A DNA stretch of 35,909 nucleotides, taken from positions 1-35,909 of IMG/VR virus record IMGVR_UViG_3300028630_000004, one strand, 5' to 3'. Shown here piece after piece: positions 1-9,200 of the stretch. The translations under genes were made by a program, and so were the position numbers. Position 1 is the first letter of the stretch, and each line of letters begins with the position of its first letter. The notes under the pieces are model-generated. The model made no database searches. It was given only the letters and a program-made list of their open reading frames with translations, and was not told the DNA's origin. This stretch comes from a virus.

Positions 1-127
1 CCTCGGGATCGGCGTGGCCCCGGCAACGGATGACACCGACTGCTGGTCGGACGAGTACGCCGGCGACATCACAAAGGGCATCTACTCGTCGATCCCCGTG
101 CTGGAGATCGGCGCGCCGACCTTCCCG
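1..127. repeat. Terminal overlap, identical to nt 35783-35909; marks a circularly closed contig of 35,782 bp
   Basis: Read base by base: cctcgggatcggcgtggcc...gcgcgccgaccttcccg occurs at both window ends. A length of exactly 127 nt looks more like an assembler k-mer overlap than a biological DTR. Confidence 0.95.
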
Positions 128-268
128 GCGGCCGGCGGCGAGTACCGGGTTGTGACCACGCAGGCCGGCTACTCCGGCACGTATGCCATCGACGCGATCC
201 GCGTGCGGACGAACGGGCCCGGCGCGGTCCACCACTACGAGGTAGCCCTGCGCGAGGTGCCGGCATGA
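2..268 (+). CDS. 3' part of a junction-spanning head-closure / head-tail adaptor CDS (starts GTG 35232); carries the end of an inserted CBM-like domain plus the adaptor C-terminus
   Basis: The frame is continuous with 35232-35909 through the 127-nt overlap. The C-terminus GEYRVVTTQAGYSGTYAIDAIRVRTNGPGAVHHYEVALREV resembles the last strands of SPP1 gp16-type adaptors. Confidence 0.6.
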   Translation, partial: LGIGVAPATDDTDCWSDEYAGDITKGIYSSIPVLEIGAPTFPAAGGEYRVVTTQAGYSGTYAIDAIRVRTNGPGAVHHYEVALREVPA

Positions 269-546
269 GCGACGAAACGCCGGTATCGCACCGCGAGTGC
301 AATATGCGGCACCAGCTCGTCGAACAGCGGTTCGGGACGCTCGAACGCGACATGGGCGACGTCAAGCGCGACGTTTCGGAGATCCGGGTGCAGCTCGGCG
401 ACATGCAGAAGGACAGCAAGGCGTTTTACGGCGACGCCCGGCAGGCGCTCGTCTGGACGCTCCGCATCATGGCGATCGTCCTGGTGCTCGTCGCCGCCGG
501 GCGCGGGCTCGACCTCTCGTCGATCCTCACCGGGGGGATCATCTGA
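265..546 (+). CDS. Small coiled-coil protein with a C-terminal transmembrane helix (XhlA-like architecture)
   Basis: ATGA overlap with the upstream gene. The N-terminal charged heptad-like segment (QLVEQRFGTLERDMGDVKRDVSEIRVQLGDMQKD) is followed by the hydrophobic stretch WTLRIMAIVLVLVAAG. Confidence 0.5.
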   Translation: MSDETPVSHRECNMRHQLVEQRFGTLERDMGDVKRDVSEIRVQLGDMQKDSKAFYGDARQALVWTLRIMAIVLVLVAAGRGLDLSSILTGGII

Positions 547-932
547 TGGCCCGGATGACGCCGGAGCAGCTCAAGGCCCGGCTCGACAACCTCGCGATCA
601 AGATCGTCCCGGCGGTCGCGGAGGGCATGAAGCTCGCCGCGGCCAACGTCGAAGGGCGGGCCAAGCTGAACTGCTCCCCGGGCTCGTCGCCGTACTACCG
701 GGCCCCGTTCCAGACCGGGCACCTGCGGGCGAACATCAAGCACGACACCCAGATCACCGGCCGCACCGTCACCGGGCTCGTCGGCGACCCCGTCGAGTAC
801 GCCGAGGCCGTCCACGAGGGTACCTCGCGGATGCAGGGCCGGCCGTTCATTCTCGACGCGATCGTCTCGGAGCGCGAGACGACGGCGGCGATCCTCTCCG
901 AGGCGCTCGGCGACGCGCTGGAGGACACGTGA
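546..932 (+). CDS. HK97 gp10-family head-tail joining protein
   Basis: Motifs TGHLRANI...GLVGDPVEYAEAVHEGTSRMQGRPFILDA match the gp10-family signature (tG.Lr.si ... YA..vE.GT..m.a.PFl). Position in the neck module agrees. Confidence 0.7.
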   Translation: MARMTPEQLKARLDNLAIKIVPAVAEGMKLAAANVEGRAKLNCSPGSSPYYRAPFQTGHLRANIKHDTQITGRTVTGLVGDPVEYAEAVHEGTSRMQGRPFILDAIVSERETTAAILSEALGDALEDT

Positions 933-1333
933 CCGTCGCCATCACCGCCGCGATCATCACGGCGCTCAAGGCCAACACGGCGCTCACCACGGCCCTCGGT
1001 GGGGCGTACGTCTACCCCCGCAACCGGGAGGCCGTCGCGCAGGTGCCGGGCATCTACCTCCTGACCAACACGGAGACGTCCGCGACCCGCCCCGGCTACC
1101 TGTCGGCGAAGCACCGGGACAGCCGGCAGATCCTCCAGGTCGACGTCTTCGACGACGGCACGGCCCTCCAGGTCGACACCCTCGCCGACCTTGTCGACTC
1201 GGCCCTCTTCGGCACCGAGATCGCGGGGTTGATCGTGCAGGGGCGGGTATCGCGATCCGAACAATTCGAGGCGGACACGGGCCGACATCACGTCGCGCTG
1301 CGGTACGCCCTCGCGTATTCACTACAGGACTGA
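929..1333 (+). CDS. Tail completion / tail terminator-like protein (DUF3168-like)
   Basis: GTGA overlap, 134 aa, sits immediately upstream of the tail tube gene. The N-terminus ITALKANTALTTALGG..VYP is typical of this family. Confidence 0.45.
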   Translation: MTVAITAAIITALKANTALTTALGGAYVYPRNREAVAQVPGIYLLTNTETSATRPGYLSAKHRDSRQILQVDVFDDGTALQVDTLADLVDSALFGTEIAGLIVQGRVSRSEQFEADTGRHHVALRYALAYSLQD

Positions 1334-1339
1334 TTCACC

Positions 1340-2116
1340 ATGACTGCAACACCGGTAGCAAATTTCGGCGAGTACAACGACTCGCACGGCATCGTTAAGA
1401 AGAACGGCGTCACCATCCAGGACGTCGAGTGTGACTTCTCGTGGGAGCTCAAGACCGACACCCACAAGGTCGCCGGCAAGTGGGCACCGATCGAATACCC
1501 GACCGAGTACTCGTACACCCTGACCATCAAGAAGGCGCTCGCGCGTGAGAACATCGCGACGAACATCGTACCGTCGCTGACCGCAACCCCGGTCTCGGGA
1601 ACGGCGGTCGTTGTCAAGGCGGCGACCGCCTTCGGTGCCGCAGGGGTCTTCACGCCGGCGCCAAAGACCATGCCGACGCCGTCGGCCATCCGGGCGACCC
1701 TCGACACGGCCGTCGTCACGACCGCCGGGTACGTGTCCATCATCGGCACGGATGTCAACGATGAGCCGATCGAGGACGCGCTCTACTTCCCGACCACGAT
1801 GCTCGTCGGGGGAACGGTCGACACGGACAAGGTCTTCAAGACCGTGACCGGGTATCTCAACCAGGGCGTCGTCTCGGCAACGGGGAAGATCAAGCTTGAC
1901 GGCATCGCCGGCACCACGACATGGACGGCCGGGGCCCCCGAGACGTTCGAGCTTGAGATCGACCTCGTCAAGGACGGGCACACGACGAAGGCCGTGATCC
2001 CGACCGCGTGGTTCAAGAACGGCGGGTGGCCGTGGAGCACGGGCCGCACACCGATCGAGCTCAACCAGGACGTCGCGATCCGGGACTTCTGCGCGATCCA
2101 GTGGTCGGACGTATGA
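1340..2116 (+). CDS. Major tail (tube) protein
   Basis: 258 aa, T/V/G-rich. Canonical position between the tail completion gene and the chaperone/tape-measure genes. Confidence 0.6.
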   Translation: MTATPVANFGEYNDSHGIVKKNGVTIQDVECDFSWELKTDTHKVAGKWAPIEYPTEYSYTLTIKKALARENIATNIVPSLTATPVSGTAVVVKAATAFGAAGVFTPAPKTMPTPSAIRATLDTAVVTTAGYVSIIGTDVNDEPIEDALYFPTTMLVGGTVDTDKVFKTVTGYLNQGVVSATGKIKLDGIAGTTTWTAGAPETFELEIDLVKDGHTTKAVIPTAWFKNGGWPWSTGRTPIELNQDVAIRDFCAIQWSDV

Positions 2117-2646
2117 GCCAGCCCCGTGCACTGAAGAACGACCCCGAGGCACAGGAGGCCGCAAAGGCCTTCGCCGCCCTCGACGCGAAGAAGGCCCGCG
2201 ACGCGAACGACGCGATCGCCATCCTCGAGCGGCGCGTCAAGAACGCCACGGCCGAGATCGACCTCGGCGGCGGCGACATGATCAAGGTACGCACCCGGCT
2301 CTCGAAGGCCGAAGCGGGCCGGCTCGAAAAGGCGTACGCCGGGATCGCCGAGACGATGGCGAAGCTCCAGCGGGAGGTCACCAACGAGGCCGGCGAGACC
2401 GTGATCGAGAAGATCCGCGACCCGACCCCCGAGGAGTCCGCGGCCGTCGAGGAGCTCTCGAACCGGCTCTTCTCGATGATCCTGTACGACCCGGCCCGGA
2501 CCCCGGACGAGATCTATGATTGGCTCGCGGCCAACCCCGACGCCTTCTCGCCGCTCGACCAGGGGGCCGTCTTCCTCGGATACCGGGAGATCGCCAACAA
2601 CGAGGGGAAGAAGCGCGAGGACCTGCGCAACTTTCGCGCGCAGTAG
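2113..2646 (+). CDS. Tail assembly chaperone (G-like)
   Basis: ATGA overlap, acidic 177-aa protein directly upstream of the tape measure gene. Confidence 0.55.
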   Translation: MSQPRALKNDPEAQEAAKAFAALDAKKARDANDAIAILERRVKNATAEIDLGGGDMIKVRTRLSKAEAGRLEKAYAGIAETMAKLQREVTNEAGETVIEKIRDPTPEESAAVEELSNRLFSMILYDPARTPDEIYDWLAANPDAFSPLDQGAVFLGYREIANNEGKKREDLRNFRAQ

Positions 2647-2773
2647 AGCGGGCCAGAACTATGGTGCCCTGCTCCACTATCTCAGGATCCTCGACCCTGC
2701 CGAGTGGGCGGCGCTCGACGAAGAGGTGCGCTACTTCTGGATCGAGTGGGTCAACGGGCGCAAGGAGGGATAG
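2113..2773 (+). CDS. Putative frameshift-extended chaperone (G-T-like); the extension reads in the +1 frame and ends exactly at the tape-measure start
   Basis: The +1 frame past the G stop reads ..FARSRAGQNYGALLHYLRILDPAEWAALDEEVRYFWIEWVNGRKEG. This looks protein-like, has no start codon of its own, and stops at 2771-2773, one nt before ATG 2774. Confidence 0.3.
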
Positions 2774-5485
2774 ATGGTAAACCTGGGCGAACTCGTTTTC
2801 AGCATCGTCGCGGAGGACAGAGCGTCCGCGACGGTCGGCGCAACCGCGCAGAAGATCGCTGGGGCGGGCGTGGCAATCGGCGCCGGCATCGGTGTCGCCG
2901 GGGCAGCGGCAACGGCCCTGATCGACGCGAACCGGGGCATGGATGCGAGCTTCGCGACCACCGCCGCGTCGATGGGACTGCCGGCCGATGCCGTGAAGGA
3001 GCTGGCCCGCTCCCTCCAGTCCGTCGACAGCCCGATCGAAGAGGTTGCGGCGACCCTCGACATCCTCGCCCGCGGCGGGATGACGAACGTCGACAGCATG
3101 GGCGCGACCGCGTCGGCGTTCGACACCCTCGCGGACGCGACCGGGCAGAACGCCGACGCCCTGACGGATGCGATGGTGCCGGCGTTCAACGCTCTCGGGA
3201 TCGAGCTCGAGAAGGCGCCTGCATACGTCGACGGGCTCGCGGTCATGTTCCGTAAGTCGAACGTGGACCTCGGCGACTTCTCGACGATGATGACCCGCAT
3301 GGGCCCGGACCTCGGCGAGATGGGCATGGGGCTCACGGATGTCGAGGCGATCCTGATGAGCTTCGCCGACCGGGGCATCACGGGCCGCAAGGCAACGACC
3401 GAACTCACCGAGGCGATCAACGCGGCCGACGGGGACATCTCGAAGTTCTACGACTCGATCGGGCTGACCGAGGGCGAGCTGCAGGCCTACGGGGCGCAGG
3501 TCTCGAACGTTGCCGGCACGGCGCAGGAGTTCGCGGACGCGCAGAACTCGCAGTTCGGGACGATGGATAAGTTCGCGTTCGAGATCACCAAGCTCAAGCA
3601 GGGGCTCGGCGACGTCCTCAAGCCGTTCGAGGGCGTGGCGTCCGCGGCGATGGTGGTCGGCCCGGCGATCGCGATGGTCGTGCCCGCGGCCGTCTCGCTT
3701 GCAGGGGCCATCGGTGCCGGCGGCGGGCTCGCGGCCGTGGTCGGCGGGCTCAGTGCGACGGTAATGGGCGCCGCGGGTGCTCTCGCGGCGTTCCTCGCGC
3801 CGCTCATCGCGCCGATCGCGGTGATCGCCGCCGTGGTCGCGGGGCTCTACCTCCTGAACAAGCAGTTTAACTTTGTCGGCGGGATCGTCGAATGGCTCGG
3901 CGGGGTCTTCGAGGGCTTCGCGTCGTGGCTCGGCGACACGTTCGGCCCGATCATCGACGGCGTGATCGGCTTTGTCGGCGAGCTCTTCGGCGAGATGGAA
4001 GACGGCGAGGGGCCGATCGAGATGGTCCTCGGGCTCTTCAAAGACCTCGGGGATGTCGCGCTCAGGGTCGGCGGGTTCATCGGCAGCGTGCTCGGCCCGG
4101 CGATCCAGGCCGTCGCGACGTGGATCGGCGAGACGCTCGGCCCCGCCATCAAGGGCGTGGTCGGGTTCTTCGGCGACCTGTGGGAGGAGGTGAACAAAGC
4201 CGGCGGCGTCTTCGAGCGCGCGCGCGATGTCATCGTTGCCGCGTGGAACGTGATCGCCAGCCTCTTCGGGGGCGGTGATGGGAACGGCGTGGTCGTGGCC
4301 ATCAAGGGGCTGTGGGACGCCGTCCTCGCCTACGTGCCTGTGGCGTGGGGCTCCATCATCCAGGCCGTCGGCACGGCGCTCGTCGCCCTCGGGACGTGGA
4401 TCCTGACCAACGGCCCGCCGCTCGTCGTCGCGGCGATGCAGGCGATATGGACCGCGATCACGGTCACGATCCCTACGGCGTGGGCGGCGATACAGACGGC
4501 CGTCGCGACGGCCGCGGGGCTGATCTGGACCTGGTTATCGACCGAAGGCGTCCGGCTCGCAGGTGCGGCCGTGGCGTCGATCTGGACGTGGATCCAGGGC
4601 GCGGTTCCGGCCGCGTGGTCGGCAATACAGGCGGCGGTCGTCGCGGCGGCTCAGGCCATCTGGGCGTGGCTCACGGGCGAAGGGAAGGCCGGCGCGGACA
4701 CGGCGGTTAAGTCGATCTGGTCCACCATCGCGGGGGCCGTCCCGGACGCGTGGAAGGCGATCATGGCCGCCGTGCTCGCGGCAGCGCGGGCGATCTGGTC
4801 GTGGCTCTCCGGTGGTGGTGCGGGCGAGGCGAAGAGCGCCATCGGGGCCGCGTGGTCGGCGATCGCGGGGGCCGTCCCGGACGCATGGAAGGCAATACAG
4901 GCGGCGGTCGAGTCGGCGGCGCGCCGCGTCTGGAACGCGGCAAAGGAGATCCTCGGCAAGCCGATCGAGATGGTCGTCACGACCATCCAGCGCACGGTTG
5001 AAGAGGTCGTGCAGGGGGCGACCACCTTCCTCGGCGGTGGCGGCTCGAGCGGCACGACCTACTCCCCGAGCAACGTCGTTTCCGACGAGAAGCGGTACGA
5101 CAGCGACGGCGTCCAGGTCGGGGGGAACTCGTCGAGGAGCTATTACGGCGATTACATCTACAGCCCGGACGGCCACAAGATCGGCCGGTACATCGGCGGC
5201 AAGGCGACGTACTACCACTCGGGGGGCATCGCCGAGAATGAGCAGCTTGCAGTCCTCCTCAAGAACGAGCGCGTTCTGTCGCCGGCACAGACGAAGGAGT
5301 ACGACGCCGGGCTGTTGTCGGCCGTGCAGGCGCTCGCGGCGAAGATCGACCAGCTCGGCGGCTCCGGTGGCGGTGACGTGATCGTTCACGGCGACGTCAA
5401 GCTCTCCGAGGACTACTCATACGACCGCTTCCGCGAGGATGTCGGGCGCTGGAAGTCGAGCCGGATCGCGAAGGGGGTGCTCTGA
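2774..5485 (+). CDS. Tape measure protein
   Basis: 903 aa, Ala/Gly-rich with hydrophobic stretches and internal ~45-aa W-rich tandem repeats. Canonical position. Confidence 0.85.
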   Translation: MVNLGELVFSIVAEDRASATVGATAQKIAGAGVAIGAGIGVAGAAATALIDANRGMDASFATTAASMGLPADAVKELARSLQSVDSPIEEVAATLDILARGGMTNVDSMGATASAFDTLADATGQNADALTDAMVPAFNALGIELEKAPAYVDGLAVMFRKSNVDLGDFSTMMTRMGPDLGEMGMGLTDVEAILMSFADRGITGRKATTELTEAINAADGDISKFYDSIGLTEGELQAYGAQVSNVAGTAQEFADAQNSQFGTMDKFAFEITKLKQGLGDVLKPFEGVASAAMVVGPAIAMVVPAAVSLAGAIGAGGGLAAVVGGLSATVMGAAGALAAFLAPLIAPIAVIAAVVAGLYLLNKQFNFVGGIVEWLGGVFEGFASWLGDTFGPIIDGVIGFVGELFGEMEDGEGPIEMVLGLFKDLGDVALRVGGFIGSVLGPAIQAVATWIGETLGPAIKGVVGFFGDLWEEVNKAGGVFERARDVIVAAWNVIASLFGGGDGNGVVVAIKGLWDAVLAYVPVAWGSIIQAVGTALVALGTWILTNGPPLVVAAMQAIWTAITVTIPTAWAAIQTAVATAAGLIWTWLSTEGVRLAGAAVASIWTWIQGAVPAAWSAIQAAVVAAAQAIWAWLTGEGKAGADTAVKSIWSTIAGAVPDAWKAIMAAVLAAARAIWSWLSGGGAGEAKSAIGAAWSAIAGAVPDAWKAIQAAVESAARRVWNAAKEILGKPIEMVVTTIQRTVEEVVQGATTFLGGGGSSGTTYSPSNVVSDEKRYDSDGVQVGGNSSRSYYGDYIYSPDGHKIGRYIGGKATYYHSGGIAENEQLAVLLKNERVLSPAQTKEYDAGLLSAVQALAAKIDQLGGSGGGDVIVHGDVKLSEDYSYDRFREDVGRWKSSRIAKGVL
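4430..4960 (+). repeat. Four tandem ~135-nt (45-aa) repeats inside the tape measure gene
   Basis: The repeated peptide is (S/A)IW(T/S)xIxGAVPxAWxAIQAAVxxAAxxIWxWL. The exact 20-mer ggcaatacaggcggcggtcg occurs at 4621 and 4891 (270 nt = 2 x 135). Confidence 0.8.
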
Positions 5486-5821
5486 ATGACTGCCGTATCA
5501 TACGCCACGGTGGCCCTGAGCCACCCCAACCTGCCGTCATTCGACCATGACCCCGTCTGCAACGAGACCGACCTTCACGGCGGCGGGGTGGGCGTGCAGG
5601 GCAGCACCCGCTCAAAGATGAAGTGGGTCTTCACCTGCCTGGCGGATAGCCACGATGAGATCGACGCGCTCGACGCCTTGAAGGGCACGCTCCAGACGCT
5701 CAACATCGACGGCGTGCTCTACCACGGTGTGATGATCTGCAAGCCGTTCGTGGAGACGCAACTGACGCCGAGCGCGTGGAGCTACACCATCGGATTTATC
5801 CAGGAGACACCATCATCATGA
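5486..5821 (+). CDS. Small tail-tip protein (role inferred from position only)
   Basis: 111 aa, starts one nt after the tape-measure stop. No motif recognised. Confidence 0.4.
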   Translation: MTAVSYATVALSHPNLPSFDHDPVCNETDLHGGGVGVQGSTRSKMKWVFTCLADSHDEIDALDALKGTLQTLNIDGVLYHGVMICKPFVETQLTPSAWSYTIGFIQETPSS

Positions 5822-6192
5822 CACTCAGCATTTCACCGGTAACAATCCTGACCGCCGCCGACCTTGGCCCACACGCGACCACGGACCCGTCAACCGCGGT
5901 CGATGGCTCGGCGGTCGTCGCCCTCGGCATCACGGCACTTATGACCCTCCACGCGGACGCCACGGCTGGGGCGCGGGTGTATGTGTACTCCGGCCCAACC
6001 GTCGGCCTGCTCGGGGCATTTCCCACGCAGATAGTTGACGTGCCGGTCACCTTCAAGTCCCCGACCATCACCGGCGTCTCGTTCTCGGTCCTGCCCGGCC
6101 ACAAGGCGTATCTGGTCACCGTACAGAACCTCGACCCGGTCCAGCACATCACGGGGATCACGGTCCACGCCGAGCCGCAGGTACTGAGCTGA
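5818..6192 (+). CDS. Small tail-tip protein (role inferred from position only)
   Basis: ATGA overlap at 5818-5821; 124 aa with beta-rich composition. Confidence 0.4.
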   Translation: MTLSISPVTILTAADLGPHATTDPSTAVDGSAVVALGITALMTLHADATAGARVYVYSGPTVGLLGAFPTQIVDVPVTFKSPTITGVSFSVLPGHKAYLVTVQNLDPVQHITGITVHAEPQVLS

Positions 6193-6202
6193 GGGGCGGG
6201 TC

Positions 6203-9200
6203 ATGGCCCGCGAAACTTATTTTCAGTGGCCGTATTCGCTCGAGTACGCCGTCGACTCGCCGCCGACCGTCAACCTCCTGCACGGCTCGCCGCTCTCGGA
6301 GTGGCCCGCCTACGAGGCGACGGTTACCCCGGACGCGCTCGCGGCACCGGGCGGCGACGTCTCGGCCGATCTGATCCTCGAGACGACGGCGACCAGCAGC
6401 CACTTCCTCGACAAGCCCGTGGCGGTCCTGCCGAACACGGATTACACGCTCTCCGTCTACCTGCACGCACAGGACCGGACGTATGCCTGCCTCCACGCGC
6501 TCGGCGACGAGACGACGGCATGGGCGTACTTTGACCTGGCCGTCGGCGGATGGGGCGCGGCGTCCGGCGTCGATGCCACCTGCGTCTCTGACGAGGGCGA
6601 CGGCTGGTTCCGGTGCTCGTTCACGTTCAACTCCGGCGCGGACACCCTGATCGGCGTGGGCGTGGCGCCGTCCGTGGCCGGCTCGTCCTGCTGGTCCGAC
6701 GAGTACGCCGGGGACGCGGCGAAAGGGATCTACGCGACCCTGCCGCAGCTCGAGCCGGTCAACCTGTTGTGCGCCGCGACCGAGGTCTCGGCATGGGCCC
6801 CCCGCGCGGCGACGCTCGGGGCCGGGGGCCTGATCCGGGAGACGGTCGCACACTCGCTGCATGTGGCGGAGCGGCGTGTGGGGGTCTCACCGTACACGGG
6901 CCACGCCCTCTCTGTCGTGGTCGAGGCGCGGGGCCGCACCCACGCCTGTCTATCCGCGTTCGGCGACATGACGGCCGCGTGGGCCTTCTTCGACCTTTCC
7001 GCCGGCACGGTCGGGGAGTCGGGCGGCGTCACGGCTCCGGCATGTGTCGCCCTCGGCGGCGGCCGGTATCGGTGCTCGTTCGCGTTCACGACGGCCGGAG
7101 ACACGGCGGTCTATGTCGGGATCGCCCCGGCGACGGGGCCGGCCTGTCTGGACGACACGTACGCGGGCGACCCGGCCCGCGGGATCGCCGCCAGCGCGCC
7201 CACCCTCCGGCCCGCCACGGTCCCGACGGACGCGATACCCTGCTACGTCGTGCCGTTCACGGTCGCGTGGAAACCCGGGATGCGGCAGGACTTCCGCGAC
7301 CTCCGGTTCCGCGACGAGGGGATGGAGCCCTGCACGCACCGGCTGGAGTCCTACACGGCCGGCACAACGGCGACGTTCCTCATCGAGATCCGGCCCGGGC
7401 AGGAGCGGCTCTCCGTCCTCTACGGGAATGGCGCGGCCGTCTCGGCGTCGGACGACACGTTCTGCCCGGTGCTGGATGCGTTCAGCGGTGCCGCCGTCGA
7501 TACCGCGATCTGGACCGACCTCGGCGGCACGGCCGTCTCTGGCGGCACCCTGACGATCACGGGGGGGTTTGGCGAGTTCGGCGTCTCGTCGATCGCCGCG
7601 CTCGGCATCGGGACGGAGCTCCGCGCCCGCCTCACCTACACGCCGGGCTCGGCCTCCTACACGGAGATCGGGTACGGGGGCTACGGGTCGGACTATGCCC
7701 TTCTCGTGTACGGCACCACCCTGGCCACATACACCCGGAACGACGCCATGGGGGAGAGCACGGCGCTCGCGCTGCCGGCGGGCTATCACACCCTGGCGAT
7801 CCGGCGGGCGTCGGCGTCGGCGGTCGTGTTCCTGATCGACGGGGTGGCGGTCGCGACACACGACGAGCAGATCCCCGACGCCGCCGTTCCGATCCACATC
7901 GTCTCGACCTACAACATCGGCGCGAGCATGGCTCTCGACTGGATCACCGTCCGGCCGTGCCTCGCCATCGAGCCGACGATCACGTACACGGGCGCGGACT
8001 GCAACCCGTGGTCACCGCTCGTCAACCGGCCGGCGGCGCTCTTTGACGTGCCGTTCGACTGGTCGGACTTCGACGCCGTCAAGGAGCGGGCGCTCGTCTC
8101 CTACACGGTCCGGCGCTCGGCGTCCGACGTGATGTACTCCGCCGACGTGACGATCCACGACCTGGTCCCGCAGGGGACGAACTTCACCCGCGTCAAGCTC
8201 GTCGAGCCCGACCACAACGGCGTCGACCGGCTGATCTTCTTCGGCTTTCTGCCCGCGCAGACCTCGACGATCCAGGCGGCGAAGAACAGCACGAACTACA
8301 AGGGATGGGATTATGGGTACTACATCGCGTCGGCATACATGCCCATCTCCTGGTGCACCCTGCCGAGCACGACGGCGAGTCCGGGGCAGTGGATCTATGA
8401 CCGGATGTCCTACCCGACCCACTGGACGGACATCGCCGACCCGAGCCGCGACCTCTTCGATCTGTCGAACGTGGACGTCGACGCGCCCGCCGCGTGGGGG
8501 ACTGACGCCCTACCCGTCCGCGACATCGTCTGCCCGACCACCTCGTCTCACATGGCGGTCTATCAGGCGGTCGCGGCCAGGCTCGGCTGCATCTTCTATC
8601 CGCGCTGGATCGACGTGGGGAAGACGCCGACCATCGGCCACCAGGACCCGGCGTACCGGATCATCCGCAAGGAGGCTGAGGACTACGATGCGGGCGGCGA
8701 GGGCGTCGGGTATCACGACACGACCGCGGCGAACCTCGGCGGGGCGTACCGAAAGGACGGCGTCGATATCGAGTACTTTGCGAGCGAGGCCGGGTACAAC
8801 GTCGGGTGGATCCGGGACGGCGAGTGGCTGCAGTACACGGTGAACTTCCCCGTCGCCGATACCTACGTGGCCCGGTTCAGGACGGCGAGCGCGGCGGCCA
8901 CGGGCGCACGGTCCTTTAAAGTCTACCTCGACGGGGCGCTCGTCGATACGATCAGCGTCGACGGGACCGGCTCGTATTCGACCTTCGACTGGAATACCGA
9001 CACCTGCGATGTCGTGATCGGGACGGCCGGCAACCACACGATCAAACTCCTGTTCGACAACGCGGGCGACGATGTCGCGGACCTGCTGCATATGAACCTC
9101 GCGGCGATGGAGTTCACGCCGACGCCGGAGGACACTGGCACGACGCCGCCGACCACCGTGCCGGCCCTGTACTGGTGCGACGAGGCCGACCTCGACACGG

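Noticed and set aside
6158-6862. Many long antisense or alternate-frame ORFs, for example 6158-6862 -, 10327-11574 -, 22424-23635 -, 26908-27942 -, 32384-33688 - and 33568-34659 -
   Set aside because: Their translations are R/G/P/D-rich low complexity, typical of off-frame reading in high-GC DNA. Each overlaps a + strand gene that has recognisable motifs or a canonical position.
6290-7215. Diversity-generating retroelement (template/variable repeat) as the explanation for the repeated fibre and neck domains
   Set aside because: There is no reverse transcriptase anywhere in the genome. Differences between the copies are not adenine-specific, and the copies are full protein domains rather than a short VR/TR pair.
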